From: Candidatus Dormiibacterota bacterium
Lineage (GTDB): Bacteria; Chloroflexota; Dormibacteria; Aeolococcales; Aeolococcaceae
NCBI GenBank assembly: GCA_963833055.1
Contig: CAWHWM010000004.1
Location: forward strand, 391,643 to 455,642
DNA: 64,000 bases
Direction: 5' to 3'
Shown here: positions 1 through 8,250 of the stretch, in pieces
Layout: the number at the start of each line of letters is the position of its first letter
How positions within the stretch are numbered: position 1 is the stretch's first letter
Made by a program: the position numbers and the translations under genes
Notes under the pieces: model-generated
Databases searched by the model: none
Told to the model about the DNA's origin: nothing
What the model saw: only the letters and a program-made list of their open reading frames with translations

Positions 1-1
1 G

Positions 2-841
2 CACGCGGCGCGAACGCTCATCGACGCGGGGCTCGTCACGGTTGACGGCCGTCCGGGCAGGCCTGGACAGCGCATCCGCGAACGTGCTGACGTCGTGGTG
101 ACGCCGCCGGACGAGAAGGTTGCCGCAGCTGCGCGTGAGCGGAACCCAGGCGAGCCGGGGATCGAGTTGCGCATCGTCGATGAGGACGACTGGCTCGCCG
201 TCGTCGACAAGCCGTCCGGCATGGTGGTGCATCCCGCGCCGGGGCATCCCACCGGGACGCTCGCCGACGCGCTCAAGGAACGCGGGACCACCTGGTCGTT
301 GCTCGGCGGTGCGGAACGGGCAGGCATCGTGCACCGCCTCGACCGCGACACGAGCGGCCTGCTGGTCGTGGCCAAAACTGAGGCCGCGCACCGCAATCTT
401 GCCCGGCAGCTCAGCGACCGATCCCTCGGGCGCACGTACTGGGCGCTGGTCCACGGAGGGTTCCGTGAGGACACGGGGACGATCGACGCGCCGATCGCCC
501 GGCATCCGCGCGACCGTCGCCGAATGGCGATCGTCGAGGGAGGTCGTGAGGCGATGACGGACTTCCGCGTGGTGGAGCGGCTTGCAGGGGCCACCGTCCT
601 CGAGCTGTCCCTTCGCACCGGGCGCACGCATCAGATACGGGTGCATCTCGCATCGATCGGCCACCCGATCATCGGCGACTCCGTGTACGGACGGCCGGAT
701 CCGTTGCTCCACCGGCCCGCGTTGCATGCGATGCGGCTCCGGTTGCGCCATCCGGCCGACGGGTCGGAGCGGTCGTACGAGTCGCCGGTGCCGGATGAGC
801 TGGTGGCCGCGGCGAGCCGGCTCCGTCCGGCGGCTGTATGA
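2..841 (+). CDS. rluD: RluA-family 23S rRNA pseudouridine synthase (RluD-like); 5' end lies outside the window
   Basis: Reading frame is open from the window edge. S4-like stretch LIDAGLVTVDGRP, catalytic motif HRLDRDTSGLLVVAK, and C-terminal THQIRVHL. Confidence 0.85.
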   Translation, partial: HAARTLIDAGLVTVDGRPGRPGQRIRERADVVVTPPDEKVAAAARERNPGEPGIELRIVDEDDWLAVVDKPSGMVVHPAPGHPTGTLADALKERGTTWSLLGGAERAGIVHRLDRDTSGLLVVAKTEAAHRNLARQLSDRSLGRTYWALVHGGFREDTGTIDAPIARHPRDRRRMAIVEGGREAMTDFRVVERLAGATVLELSLRTGRTHQIRVHLASIGHPIIGDSVYGRPDPLLHRPALHAMRLRLRHPADGSERSYESPVPDELVAAASRLRPAAV

Positions 842-1133
842 GCGTGGTCGGCAGTGTGTGTGTTGACGCCGTGCGTTCGCGGTGAGATGGCGGTGTGAGC
901 GTGTCCAGCAGTGTGTTTCATAACGGCGCGAGCTTGTCGCGGGATGACGGTGTGAGCGTGCCCTGCGTTGTGTGTTTCTTGACGACGCGAGCCTGTCGTG
1001 GGATGACGGTGTGAGCGTGCCCTGCGTTGTGTGCGTGTTGACGGCGCGAGCCTGTCGTGGGATGACGGTGTGAGCGCGCCCGGCAGGTTCATCGTGTTGA
1101 CGGGGCCGAGTGGCTGTCGGCAAGGACACTGTG
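839..1133. repeat. 57-59 bp tandem array: 4 intergenic units plus a diverged fifth copy that is the gmk 5' end
   Basis: Units at 839-895, 896-952, 953-1011 and 1012-1070 each start TGAGCG and end GGTG. Units 3 and 4 are about 93% identical. Segment 1071-1133 (gmk start) aligns to the unit. Confidence 0.9.
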
Positions 1134-1658
1134 CTGCGGGAACTGTTCCAGCTCGATCCGGCGCTCACGTACTGCGTCTCGTACACCACGCGGCCGCCGC
1201 GTCCGGGGGAGATCGAGGGTGTGTCGTATTACTTCGTGGACGAGCCGACGTTCCGGTCGATGATCGATCGCGACGAGTTCTTCGAATGGTCGACCGTCTA
1301 CGGCGAGCTGAAGGGCCGGACGTTCGAGACCGTCAATAAGGCGATCGCCTCAGGCCGGGACACGGTGATCAAGATCGACGTCCAGGGAGCGGAGAAGGTT
1401 CGCGCCCGAGTGGGGGCACAGGGGACGTACATCTACCTGCTGCCACCGAGCCTCGAGGCACTGGAACAGCGCCTCGTCGAGCGCGCGACCGAGGATCCCG
1501 CCAGCCTTCGGGCTCGCAAGGAGCTGGCCGTCGCGGAGCTGGCCGTCAAGGACACGTACGATCATCAGGTGGTGAACGACGACGCACGGCGCGCGGCGCA
1601 GGAGATCGAGACGATCATCCAGGCCGTGCGGGCTGCCGGTGAGGGGGAGAAGGCATGA
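1070..1658 (+). pseudogene. gmk: Guanylate kinase with an apparent +1 frame disruption inside the P-loop (near 1115)
   Basis: GTG at 1070 gives VSAPGRFIVLTGPSG in frame 2. One extra nt follows, then VGKDTVLREL...VSYTTRPPRPGEIEGVSYYFV in frame 0 (ORF 1110-1658). Length is 589 nt (3n+1). Stop overlaps the coaBC ATG as ATGA. Confidence 0.8.
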
Positions 1659-2877
1659 CGCTGGAGCTCGAGGGCCATCGCGTCCTGGTCGGCGTCGGCG
1701 GCAGTGTGGCTGCGTTCAAGGCGTGCGAGGTGGTGACCGACCTGCGCCGCGATGGCGCCGAGGTGAGGGTCGCGATGACCGAGGCGGCAACGCGCTTCGT
1801 CACCCCGACCTTGCTGCGTGCGCTGAGCGGGCATCGGGTGGCGTCGAGCATGTGGGACGACGATCCCGAAGCCGGACACGGCATGAGCCACCTCGATCTC
1901 GCGTCGTGGTGCGAGGTGCAGGTGGTGGTGGCTGCGTCGGCCGACCTCCTCGCGCGGCTCGCGCTCGGGCTCGCCGGCGACCCGGTCACGGCGACGGCGC
2001 TCGCCTGTCGCGCTCCGTTGCTCGTGGCGCCGGCGATGGAATCGGCGATGTGGGAGCACCCGGCGACGCAGGGCCATGTGGCAACGCTCACCGCTCGGGG
2101 CGGCCGGATCATCGGTCCGGTGCACGGCAGGCTCGCGAGCGGTCACGAGAGCACCGGACGGATGGCCGAGCCCGATGCGATCGTTGCGGTGGTGAGGGAG
2201 TTCCTTGTCAGAGGGGCCTGACCCCAGACTTCTCCGGCCTGCGCTTCGTGGTCACCGCGGGAGGCACGCGGGAGCCGATCGACCCGGTGCGCTTCATCGG
2301 CAACCGGTCGAGCGGCAAGATGGGCAATGAGCTCGCCGCAGCCGCGATCCGCGAGGGCGCGGAGGTCACATTGATCACTGCCGCACCACCTCCGTCTGCG
2401 CAGGCGGGCCTCTCGGTGGTTGCAGTGGAAACAGCTGCCGACATGGACGCCGCCGTGCGCGCCGCGCTCCCCGGAGCGCGCGTGCTGATCATGGCTGCGG
2501 CGGTTGCCGACTGGCGCCCTCGCGATGTCGCAGGCCAGAAGCTCAAGAAGGGTGGGGAATCGATGAGCCTCGAGCTCGTGCCCACCATCGACATCCTTCG
2601 CGCACTCCGCGATGACGAGGTGGCGCGCGGTGTCTACATGGTCGGTTTCGCGGCCGAGACCGAGCACGTAATCGACAACGCGCGGGCGAAGCTCGATGCG
2701 AAGCATCTCGACCTGGTGGTCGTGAATGACGTGTCGCGCGAGGGCATTGGCATGGGGGCGGATGACAATGAGGTGACGGTGCTCGGCCGCGACGGGACGA
2801 TTGAGACCATTGCACGCGCGCCGAAATCTGTTGTGGCCGAGGCGATTGTGCGGATCATCGCGAGCAGGGTGCGATGA
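1655..2877 (+). pseudogene. coaBC: Bifunctional phosphopantothenoylcysteine decarboxylase/synthetase CoaBC, split by a -1 frame disruption near 2212-2220 (alternatively separate coaC and coaB)
   Basis: ORF 1655-2221 is the flavoprotein CoaC domain (VLVGVGGSVAAFKA). The frame of ORF 1639-2877 continues with the CoaB domain (FVVTAGGTREPIDPVRFIGNRSSGKMG). The junction lies at a GGGG run. Length is 3n+2. Confidence 0.8.
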
Positions 2878-3065
2878 CGTTGGGGTTTGCTGTCGGAGCG
2901 AATCGTGCGCGGGATTCTCTCAAGGCGTGGCCGTCTCGATGACGTTCGCATTTGCTATCGGAGCGAATCGTGCGCAGGACTTCTTGACGCGTGGCGGTCG
3001 CGATGACGTTTGCCTCTGTCGTGCCCGAAACGCGGTCACAGCTGCCGCGTGACGCGTACACGTAC
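2871..3065. repeat. 64-66 bp tandem array: 2 intergenic units plus the priA 5' end as a third diverged copy
   Basis: The block GATGACGTT recurs at 2873, 2938 and 3002, and TGACGCGT recurs near the unit ends. Each copy carries an ATG; ATGA overlaps occur at 2874-2877 and 2939-2942. Confidence 0.75.
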
Positions 3066-4995
3066 TCGATCCCTGACGACCTTGCCGAACTGGTGCTTCC
3101 CGGCGTGCGCGTCGAGATTCCGTTCGGCAAGCGATCGATCCTCGGGTACGTGGTGGAGCGAACGGAGGAGTCGGCGTTCGCGGAGGTCCGCGCCATCGAC
3201 GGCGTCATCGACGAACCGCGGCTCCTTCTCGATCACCACATCGCACTCGCGCGGCAGATCGCGGATCGGTACTGCGCGCCACTTGGCGAGGTGCTCCGGG
3301 CGATGCTGCCCAAGGGCGTGCGCACGCGCCCGTCGCGGCGCGCGGGTCCGCGGTCGATGTCACGCGCGGTTGCGGAGGCAGGCGCCGCCGGCCCACCGGA
3401 GCCGCCGCCGATCCTCAATGAGGCGCAACGCGCGGCGGTGGCGCCGCTGCTCGAGTCAATCGCGGCCCGCAAGCACCGCCGCGTCCTGCTCCACGGTGTG
3501 ACCGGGAGCGGGAAGACCGAGGTGTACCTCGCGGGCATCGATGCCGCCCTTGCGAAGGGGCGCGGCGCGATCGTCCTCGTACCCGAGATCGCGTTGACCC
3601 CGCAGATGATTCGCCGTTTCACCGTTCGATTTCCCGGGGCGGATTGCGGTGGTGCACTCGGCCCTCACGGACGCAGAGCGTGCGGCGGAGTGGCGGCGCA
3701 TCCGGAGCGGCGAGCACAGCGTTGTGATCGGCTCTCGCAGCGCCGTGTTCGCACCGGTGGCCGACCTCGGGATCGTTGTCGTCGACGAGGAGGACGCGCC
3801 TGCGTACAAGCAGGATCGCGTTCCGCGGTATCACGCCGTGGACGTCGCGTTGATGCTCGGCGCGCTGTGCGACGCGCCAGTCGTCATGGGAAGTGCGACC
3901 CCACGCGTCGAGAGTTTCTACCGCGCGCACACCGGTGATCTCGAGCTTGCCACGCTGCCGGAACGGGTGAGCGGCCGTCCGCTCCCACCGATCGAGGTGG
4001 TGGATCTGCGCGACGAGTTGCAGGCGGGCAACACCAACGCGCTGTCGCAGACCCTCGATCGTGCGCTGCAGGAATGTCATGCGGATGGCGGCCAGTCGAT
4101 CCTCTTTCTGAATCGCCGGGGCACCTCGACGGTGGTGCTGTGCCGCACGTGTGGCGAGGCACTGACCTGCACCAACTGCAGCGTGTCGTTGGTGCACCAC
4201 GTGGATCGCTCGAGCTGCGACTGCCACTACTGCGGGCTGTCGATCCCGCTGCCGAGTGCATGTCCGTCGTGCGGCTCGCGCACGATCCGCGCGCTCGGCA
4301 TGGGCACGGAGCGGCTCGAACGCGAGGTGCGCGAGCGGTTTCCGGCGCTCCGGCTCATCCGCATGGATCGCGACACCACGCGATCGCGCGACGCGTATTT
4401 CGACATCTATGACAAGTTCCGCCGCCACGAGGCGGACTGCCTCATCGGCACGCAGATGGTCGCGAAAGGATGGGATCTCGGCAATGTGCGTCTCGTCGGC
4501 ATCGTCAACGCCGATACGTCGCTCCACTTTCCTGACTATCGAAGTGGTGAGCTGACGTTCTCGCTGCTCACCCAGGTGGCCGGACGCGCCGGACGTGGCG
4601 ATGAGCCCGCGCGCGTGGTGCTCCAGACGTACAGCCCGGGTCACTACGCGGTCCGGCACGCCACCACGCATGACTATCTGGGGTTTGCGCGCGATGAGAT
4701 CCGCGTGCGCAAGGCACTGCGGTTTCCGCCGTACGCACGGCTCTGCGTCTGCACGTTCGTGCACAAGGAAGACCACGAAGCCGAGATCGAGGTTCGCCGG
4801 GAGGCCCAGCGAGTGTCTGATACACTCGGAATTGGCGACGGGCTCGATGTCCTCGGTCCGACGCCGGCGTTCCTCCACCGCCTGCGCGGCGAATACCGCT
4901 GGCAGTTCACGGTGCGGGGCAACAACATCGAGAGGGCATTTCCTCACCTTCCCAGGGCTCGGGGCTGGAGCATCGACGTCGACCCCGGGGCGTGA
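3003..4995 (+). pseudogene. priA: Primosomal replication-restart helicase PriA with a +1 frame disruption in the G-run at 3636-3639
   Basis: N-terminal ORF 2991-3938 carries Walker [12 protein letters not shown] and [13 protein letters not shown] 3649-4995 carries VVVDEE, Cys-rich zinc-finger motifs (CRTCGEALTCTNC, CHYCG, CPSCG) and the C-terminal domain. Length is 3n+1. GTG at 2991 is an alternative start. Confidence 0.85.
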
Positions 4996-5519
4996 ACGGA
5001 GAACACAGCGTGGCAGTCCTTCCCATCGTTCTGGTCTCGGACCACAACGACGTGCTCACCACCAAGGCAATCCGCGTGCCGCGGGTTGACGATGAGATAC
5101 GCCGTCTGATGGACGACATGGTTGAGACCATGTTCGACGCCAACGGCGTCGGCCTTGCCGCGCCGCAGGTGGGCGTGTCGCTGCGCGTCATCGTGCTGCG
5201 CGTCGACAACCAGATCTACCAGCTGGCCAATCCCGAGATGGTCCGGACCGACGGCGACCAGACCGGATACGAAGGATGCCTGTCGGTGCCCGGCTGGGTG
5301 GGGGAGGTGACCCGGCGGCAGCGCGTCGTCGCCAAGGGGCTCAACCGTCATGGCAAGGAGGTCCGGGTCAAGGGCGACGGGCTGCTGGCGCGGGCCGTGC
5401 AGCACGAGCTGGATCACCTGGACGGGATCCTCTTCACGAGCAGGGTGAACGAGGGAACGCTTCGCGAGGTCGAACCTGCAGAGGAGGCTGAGGAGCCCGG
5501 CGTCGTCAGCGCCGTGTGA
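4992..5519 (+). CDS. def: Peptide deformylase
   Basis: Motifs GVGLAAPQVG, EGCLSVPG and HELDHLDG. GTGA overlap with the priA stop. Confidence 0.9.
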   Translation: MNGEHSVAVLPIVLVSDHNDVLTTKAIRVPRVDDEIRRLMDDMVETMFDANGVGLAAPQVGVSLRVIVLRVDNQIYQLANPEMVRTDGDQTGYEGCLSVPGWVGEVTRRQRVVAKGLNRHGKEVRVKGDGLLARAVQHELDHLDGILFTSRVNEGTLREVEPAEEAEEPGVVSAV

Positions 5520-6436
5520 GGCTCGTCTTCTGTGGCACTGCGGCATTCGCGGTGCCGTCGCTCCGAGCGTGCGCTGCTGACCACGAGGTGCTCGCGGTGG
5601 TCACTCGGGCCGATCGACTGGGGAACCGGGGGAAGCCGGCGCCGCGTCCCATCGCCGATGCTGCGCATGAGCTCCGCCTGCCCGTCCTGATGCCGCCGAA
5701 GATCGGAGCCCCCGAGGTGGTGCGAGGCCTGGTCGACCTCATCCCGGATTGCGTGGTGGTCGCCGCGTACGGGCAGATCCTGCCGATCTCGCTGCTCGAC
5801 CCGCTGCCGTTCGGCGCGGTCAACGTGCACGCCTCGCTCTTGCCGCGCTGGCGGGGAGCGTCGCCGATCGCCCGGGCGATCCTCGCCGGCGACGCCGAGA
5901 CCGGCGTCTCGATCATGCGCATGGAGGCGGGGCTGGACACCGGACCGGTTTACGCGACGGTGAGGGTGCCGATCGACGATGACGCCACCACGCCGGCGCT
6001 CACGAGCGTGCTCGCGGATCTCGGCGCCGCAGAGCTTGCCGCGGTGCTCAGGGCGCTCGAACATGGAGAGGCAACCGCGACGCCGCAGCCGGAGGATGGC
6101 GTGACCTATGCGGCGCGGCTGACCCGCGAGGATGGACAGGTGGACTGGGCAGCCCGCAGTGCGGTCGAGGTCGATCGCATGGTGCGTGCCCTGCAACCGT
6201 GGCCGGGAGTGGTGGCGCCGATCGATGGTGTGGAGGTCCAGATCCAGGCAGGCGGACCCGTGAGCCCGAACCTGGGGCTGGCGCCAGGGAGCATTGCCGG
6301 CCGCCAGGGCGAATCCGTGGTCATCGCCACTCGCGACGGCGGGTATCGCGTGGACCGGATCACCCCGCCCGGCAAACGCGCCATGGCACCCGCGGCGTGG
6401 ATGCGCGGCCGGCGTGCCGGCGAGGCGCCTCGCTGA
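5516..6436 (+). CDS. fmt: Methionyl-tRNA formyltransferase
   Basis: MRLVFCGT N-terminus, NVHASLLPRWRGASPI motif, and a C-terminal Fmt domain. GTGA overlap with the def stop. Confidence 0.9.
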   Translation: MRLVFCGTAAFAVPSLRACAADHEVLAVVTRADRLGNRGKPAPRPIADAAHELRLPVLMPPKIGAPEVVRGLVDLIPDCVVVAAYGQILPISLLDPLPFGAVNVHASLLPRWRGASPIARAILAGDAETGVSIMRMEAGLDTGPVYATVRVPIDDDATTPALTSVLADLGAAELAAVLRALEHGEATATPQPEDGVTYAARLTREDGQVDWAARSAVEVDRMVRALQPWPGVVAPIDGVEVQIQAGGPVSPNLGLAPGSIAGRQGESVVIATRDGGYRVDRITPPGKRAMAPAAWMRGRRAGEAPR

Positions 6437-6900
6437 TGCCCCCCACACGAAAGCCGGGCGATGATCTCCTGGCGCACAACCGCCGGGCCCGCTACGAGTA
6501 CAGCATCGTGGAGTCGCTCGAGGCGGGCATCGAGCTCACCGGCACGGAGGTGAAGTCACTCCGCACGGGTCGCATCCAGCTGCGCGACGGCTACGTGCGG
6601 GTCGAGAACGGGCAGGCGTGGCTGATGCAGGTGAACATCGCCTCGTATCAGCACGGGAATCGGAACAACCCGGAGCCGGAGCGGCGCCGGCGTCTGTTGC
6701 TGCACAAGCGCGAGATCGAGTACCTGGACGGACGGGTGCGGACCCAGGGGCTGACGATCATTCCCCTGCGCCTCTACCTGGTGCGGAATCGGGTGAAGGT
6801 GGAGATCGGGCTTGCCCGAGGCAAGAAGCTCTGGGACAAGCGGCAGGACGTGGCCAAGCGTGATGCCGAGCGAGACATGGAGCGCGCGATCAAGCGCTGA
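6436..6900 (+). CDS. smpB: SsrA-binding protein SmpB
   Basis: NRRARYEYSIVESLEAGIELTGTEVKSLR and LLLHKREI motifs. The ATG at 6436 overlaps the fmt TGA by 1 nt. Confidence 0.9.
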   Translation: MPPTRKPGDDLLAHNRRARYEYSIVESLEAGIELTGTEVKSLRTGRIQLRDGYVRVENGQAWLMQVNIASYQHGNRNNPEPERRRRLLLHKREIEYLDGRVRTQGLTIIPLRLYLVRNRVKVEIGLARGKKLWDKRQDVAKRDAERDMERAIKR

Positions 6901-6918
6901 GTTGTCGCCGGTTGGCGT

Positions 6919-8142
6919 TCAGCCTGCCGCCGCGTGGAACTCGGCTTCGGGTGGGACGGCCTGCGATGCCGCACTCGGGCGGTTGGCCTTGATGTCCGGG
7001 ACGACCTGGGCGGCGAGCCCGTCGATGCGCTGGCGCAGCTCGCGAAGGCCGGTCCCGCGGGTGGCGCTCACCGCCAGTGCCGAGACCCCCGCGACATCGC
7101 CGAGGCGGAGCCGGGCGGTGCGCACCTCGGATGCTGTCAGGCGGTCGACCTTGGAGAGCGCAAGGATCATCGGCTGATCGCAGTCCATGGACCGAAGCGT
7201 GTCGAGCACGGTCACGAGCTGTTGCTCGGCGTCGGGATGGGATGCATCCACGACAAGGCAGAGCATGTGGGCCTGGCGCACCTCCTCGAGGGTCGCCGCA
7301 AAGGCTTCGACCAGCTCGGTCGGCAGCTTCTGGATGAAACCGACGGTGTCGGTGAGGATCACCAGCTTGCCGGAGGGCAGCTCGAGACGTCGCGAGGTGG
7401 GGTCGAGCGTCGCGAAGAGCAGATCGTCGGCCAGCACCTTGCTGTGGGTGAGGACGTTGAGCAGGGTGGACTTCCCGGCGTTCGTGTACCCCACCAGGGC
7501 GCACGACGCCAGCGGGACGTTGGTGCGTGCCGTGCGTCGCGTCCGCCGCTGCCGCTCGATCACGACGAGGCGCTCGCGCAGGCGCTTGAGCTGCTGGCGG
7601 ATCAGGCGCCGGTCGACCTCGATCTGCTTCTCACCAGGGCCGCCGCGAAGTCCCACACCACCTCGCTGCCGCTCCAGGTGGGACCACCCGCCGGCGAGGC
7701 GCGGCAGCAGATGCTCGAGCTGGGCCATCTCGACCTGCACGCGGCCTTCAGCGGTGATGGCCCGGCGGGCGAAGATCGCGAGGATCACCTCGGTGCGGTC
7801 GAGCACCGGCACGCCCCACTCCTCCTGGAGGTTGCGCTGCTGGCGCGGGGTGAGCTGGTCGTTGCAGAGCACCGCCGGGTATTCCAGCTCCGCGAGATGC
7901 GAAGCAAAGGCGGCGACGACACCCGATCGGAAGAACGTGGCGGGGTGCGGCTCGCGCAAGGAGATCAGGCTCCGCTCGAGGACCTCGGTGCCGAGCGTGC
8001 GAGCCAGCTCCTCGAGCTCGTCGAGCTCGATGTCACGCTGCTCGCGTTCGTCGCGGCTCGTGACGGTGCCGATGACGATGACCCGCTTGAGCTTCGTGCC
8101 GACTGCCGGGTCGGCTCCAGACGGCGCGTCGAAATGGGGCAA
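6919..8142 (-). CDS. hflX: GTPase HflX
   Basis: HflX N-terminal domain, then G1 GYTNAGKSTLLN and DTVGF. The start is a TTG at 8142, which is less certain. Confidence 0.88.
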   Translation of the reverse strand: MPHFDAPSGADPAVGTKLKRVIVIGTVTSRDEREQRDIELDELEELARTLGTEVLERSLISLREPHPATFFRSGVVAAFASHLAELEYPAVLCNDQLTPRQQRNLQEEWGVPVLDRTEVILAIFARRAITAEGRVQVEMAQLEHLLPRLAGGWSHLERQRGGVGLRGGPGEKQIEVDRRLIRQQLKRLRERLVVIERQRRTRRTARTNVPLASCALVGYTNAGKSTLLNVLTHSKVLADDLLFATLDPTSRRLELPSGKLVILTDTVGFIQKLPTELVEAFAATLEEVRQAHMLCLVVDASHPDAEQQLVTVLDTLRSMDCDQPMILALSKVDRLTASEVRTARLRLGDVAGVSALAVSATRGTGLRELRQRIDGLAAQVVPDIKANRPSAASQAVPPEAEFHAAAG

Positions 8143-8184
8143 CTAGCGGGTCACCGGCCGGTCCGTCACCTGGAGCATGCGATC

Positions 8185-8196
8185 AGCCTACCAATG
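8185..8196 (-). promoter_or_regulatory. Candidate extended -10 promoter element (TGGTAGGCT on the minus strand) upstream of hflX
   Basis: The minus strand reads CATTGGTAGGCT, about 43 nt upstream of the hflX start. The identical 12-mer recurs at 11048-11059 upstream of the MFS gene. Confidence 0.3.
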
Positions 8197-8250
8197 GCGC
8201 TCGCCGTCTGCTGCGCGGGGACGCCCCAATCACTTCATACACTTGACGCG

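Noticed and set aside
839-1070. Possible CRISPR array; the same question applies to 18569-18760
   Set aside because: The units abut directly with no unique spacers. Unit lengths and divergence are atypical for CRISPR repeats. No cas genes are present in the window.
2190-2260. coaC and coaB as two separate intact genes instead of a frameshifted coaBC
   Set aside because: This is not fully excluded. However, the only start available for coaB is a GTG inside the conserved FVVTAGGT strand, with no SD. Restoring one G in the GGGG run gives a continuous linker (RGGLTPDFSGLRFVV). The fused, disrupted reading is therefore preferred.
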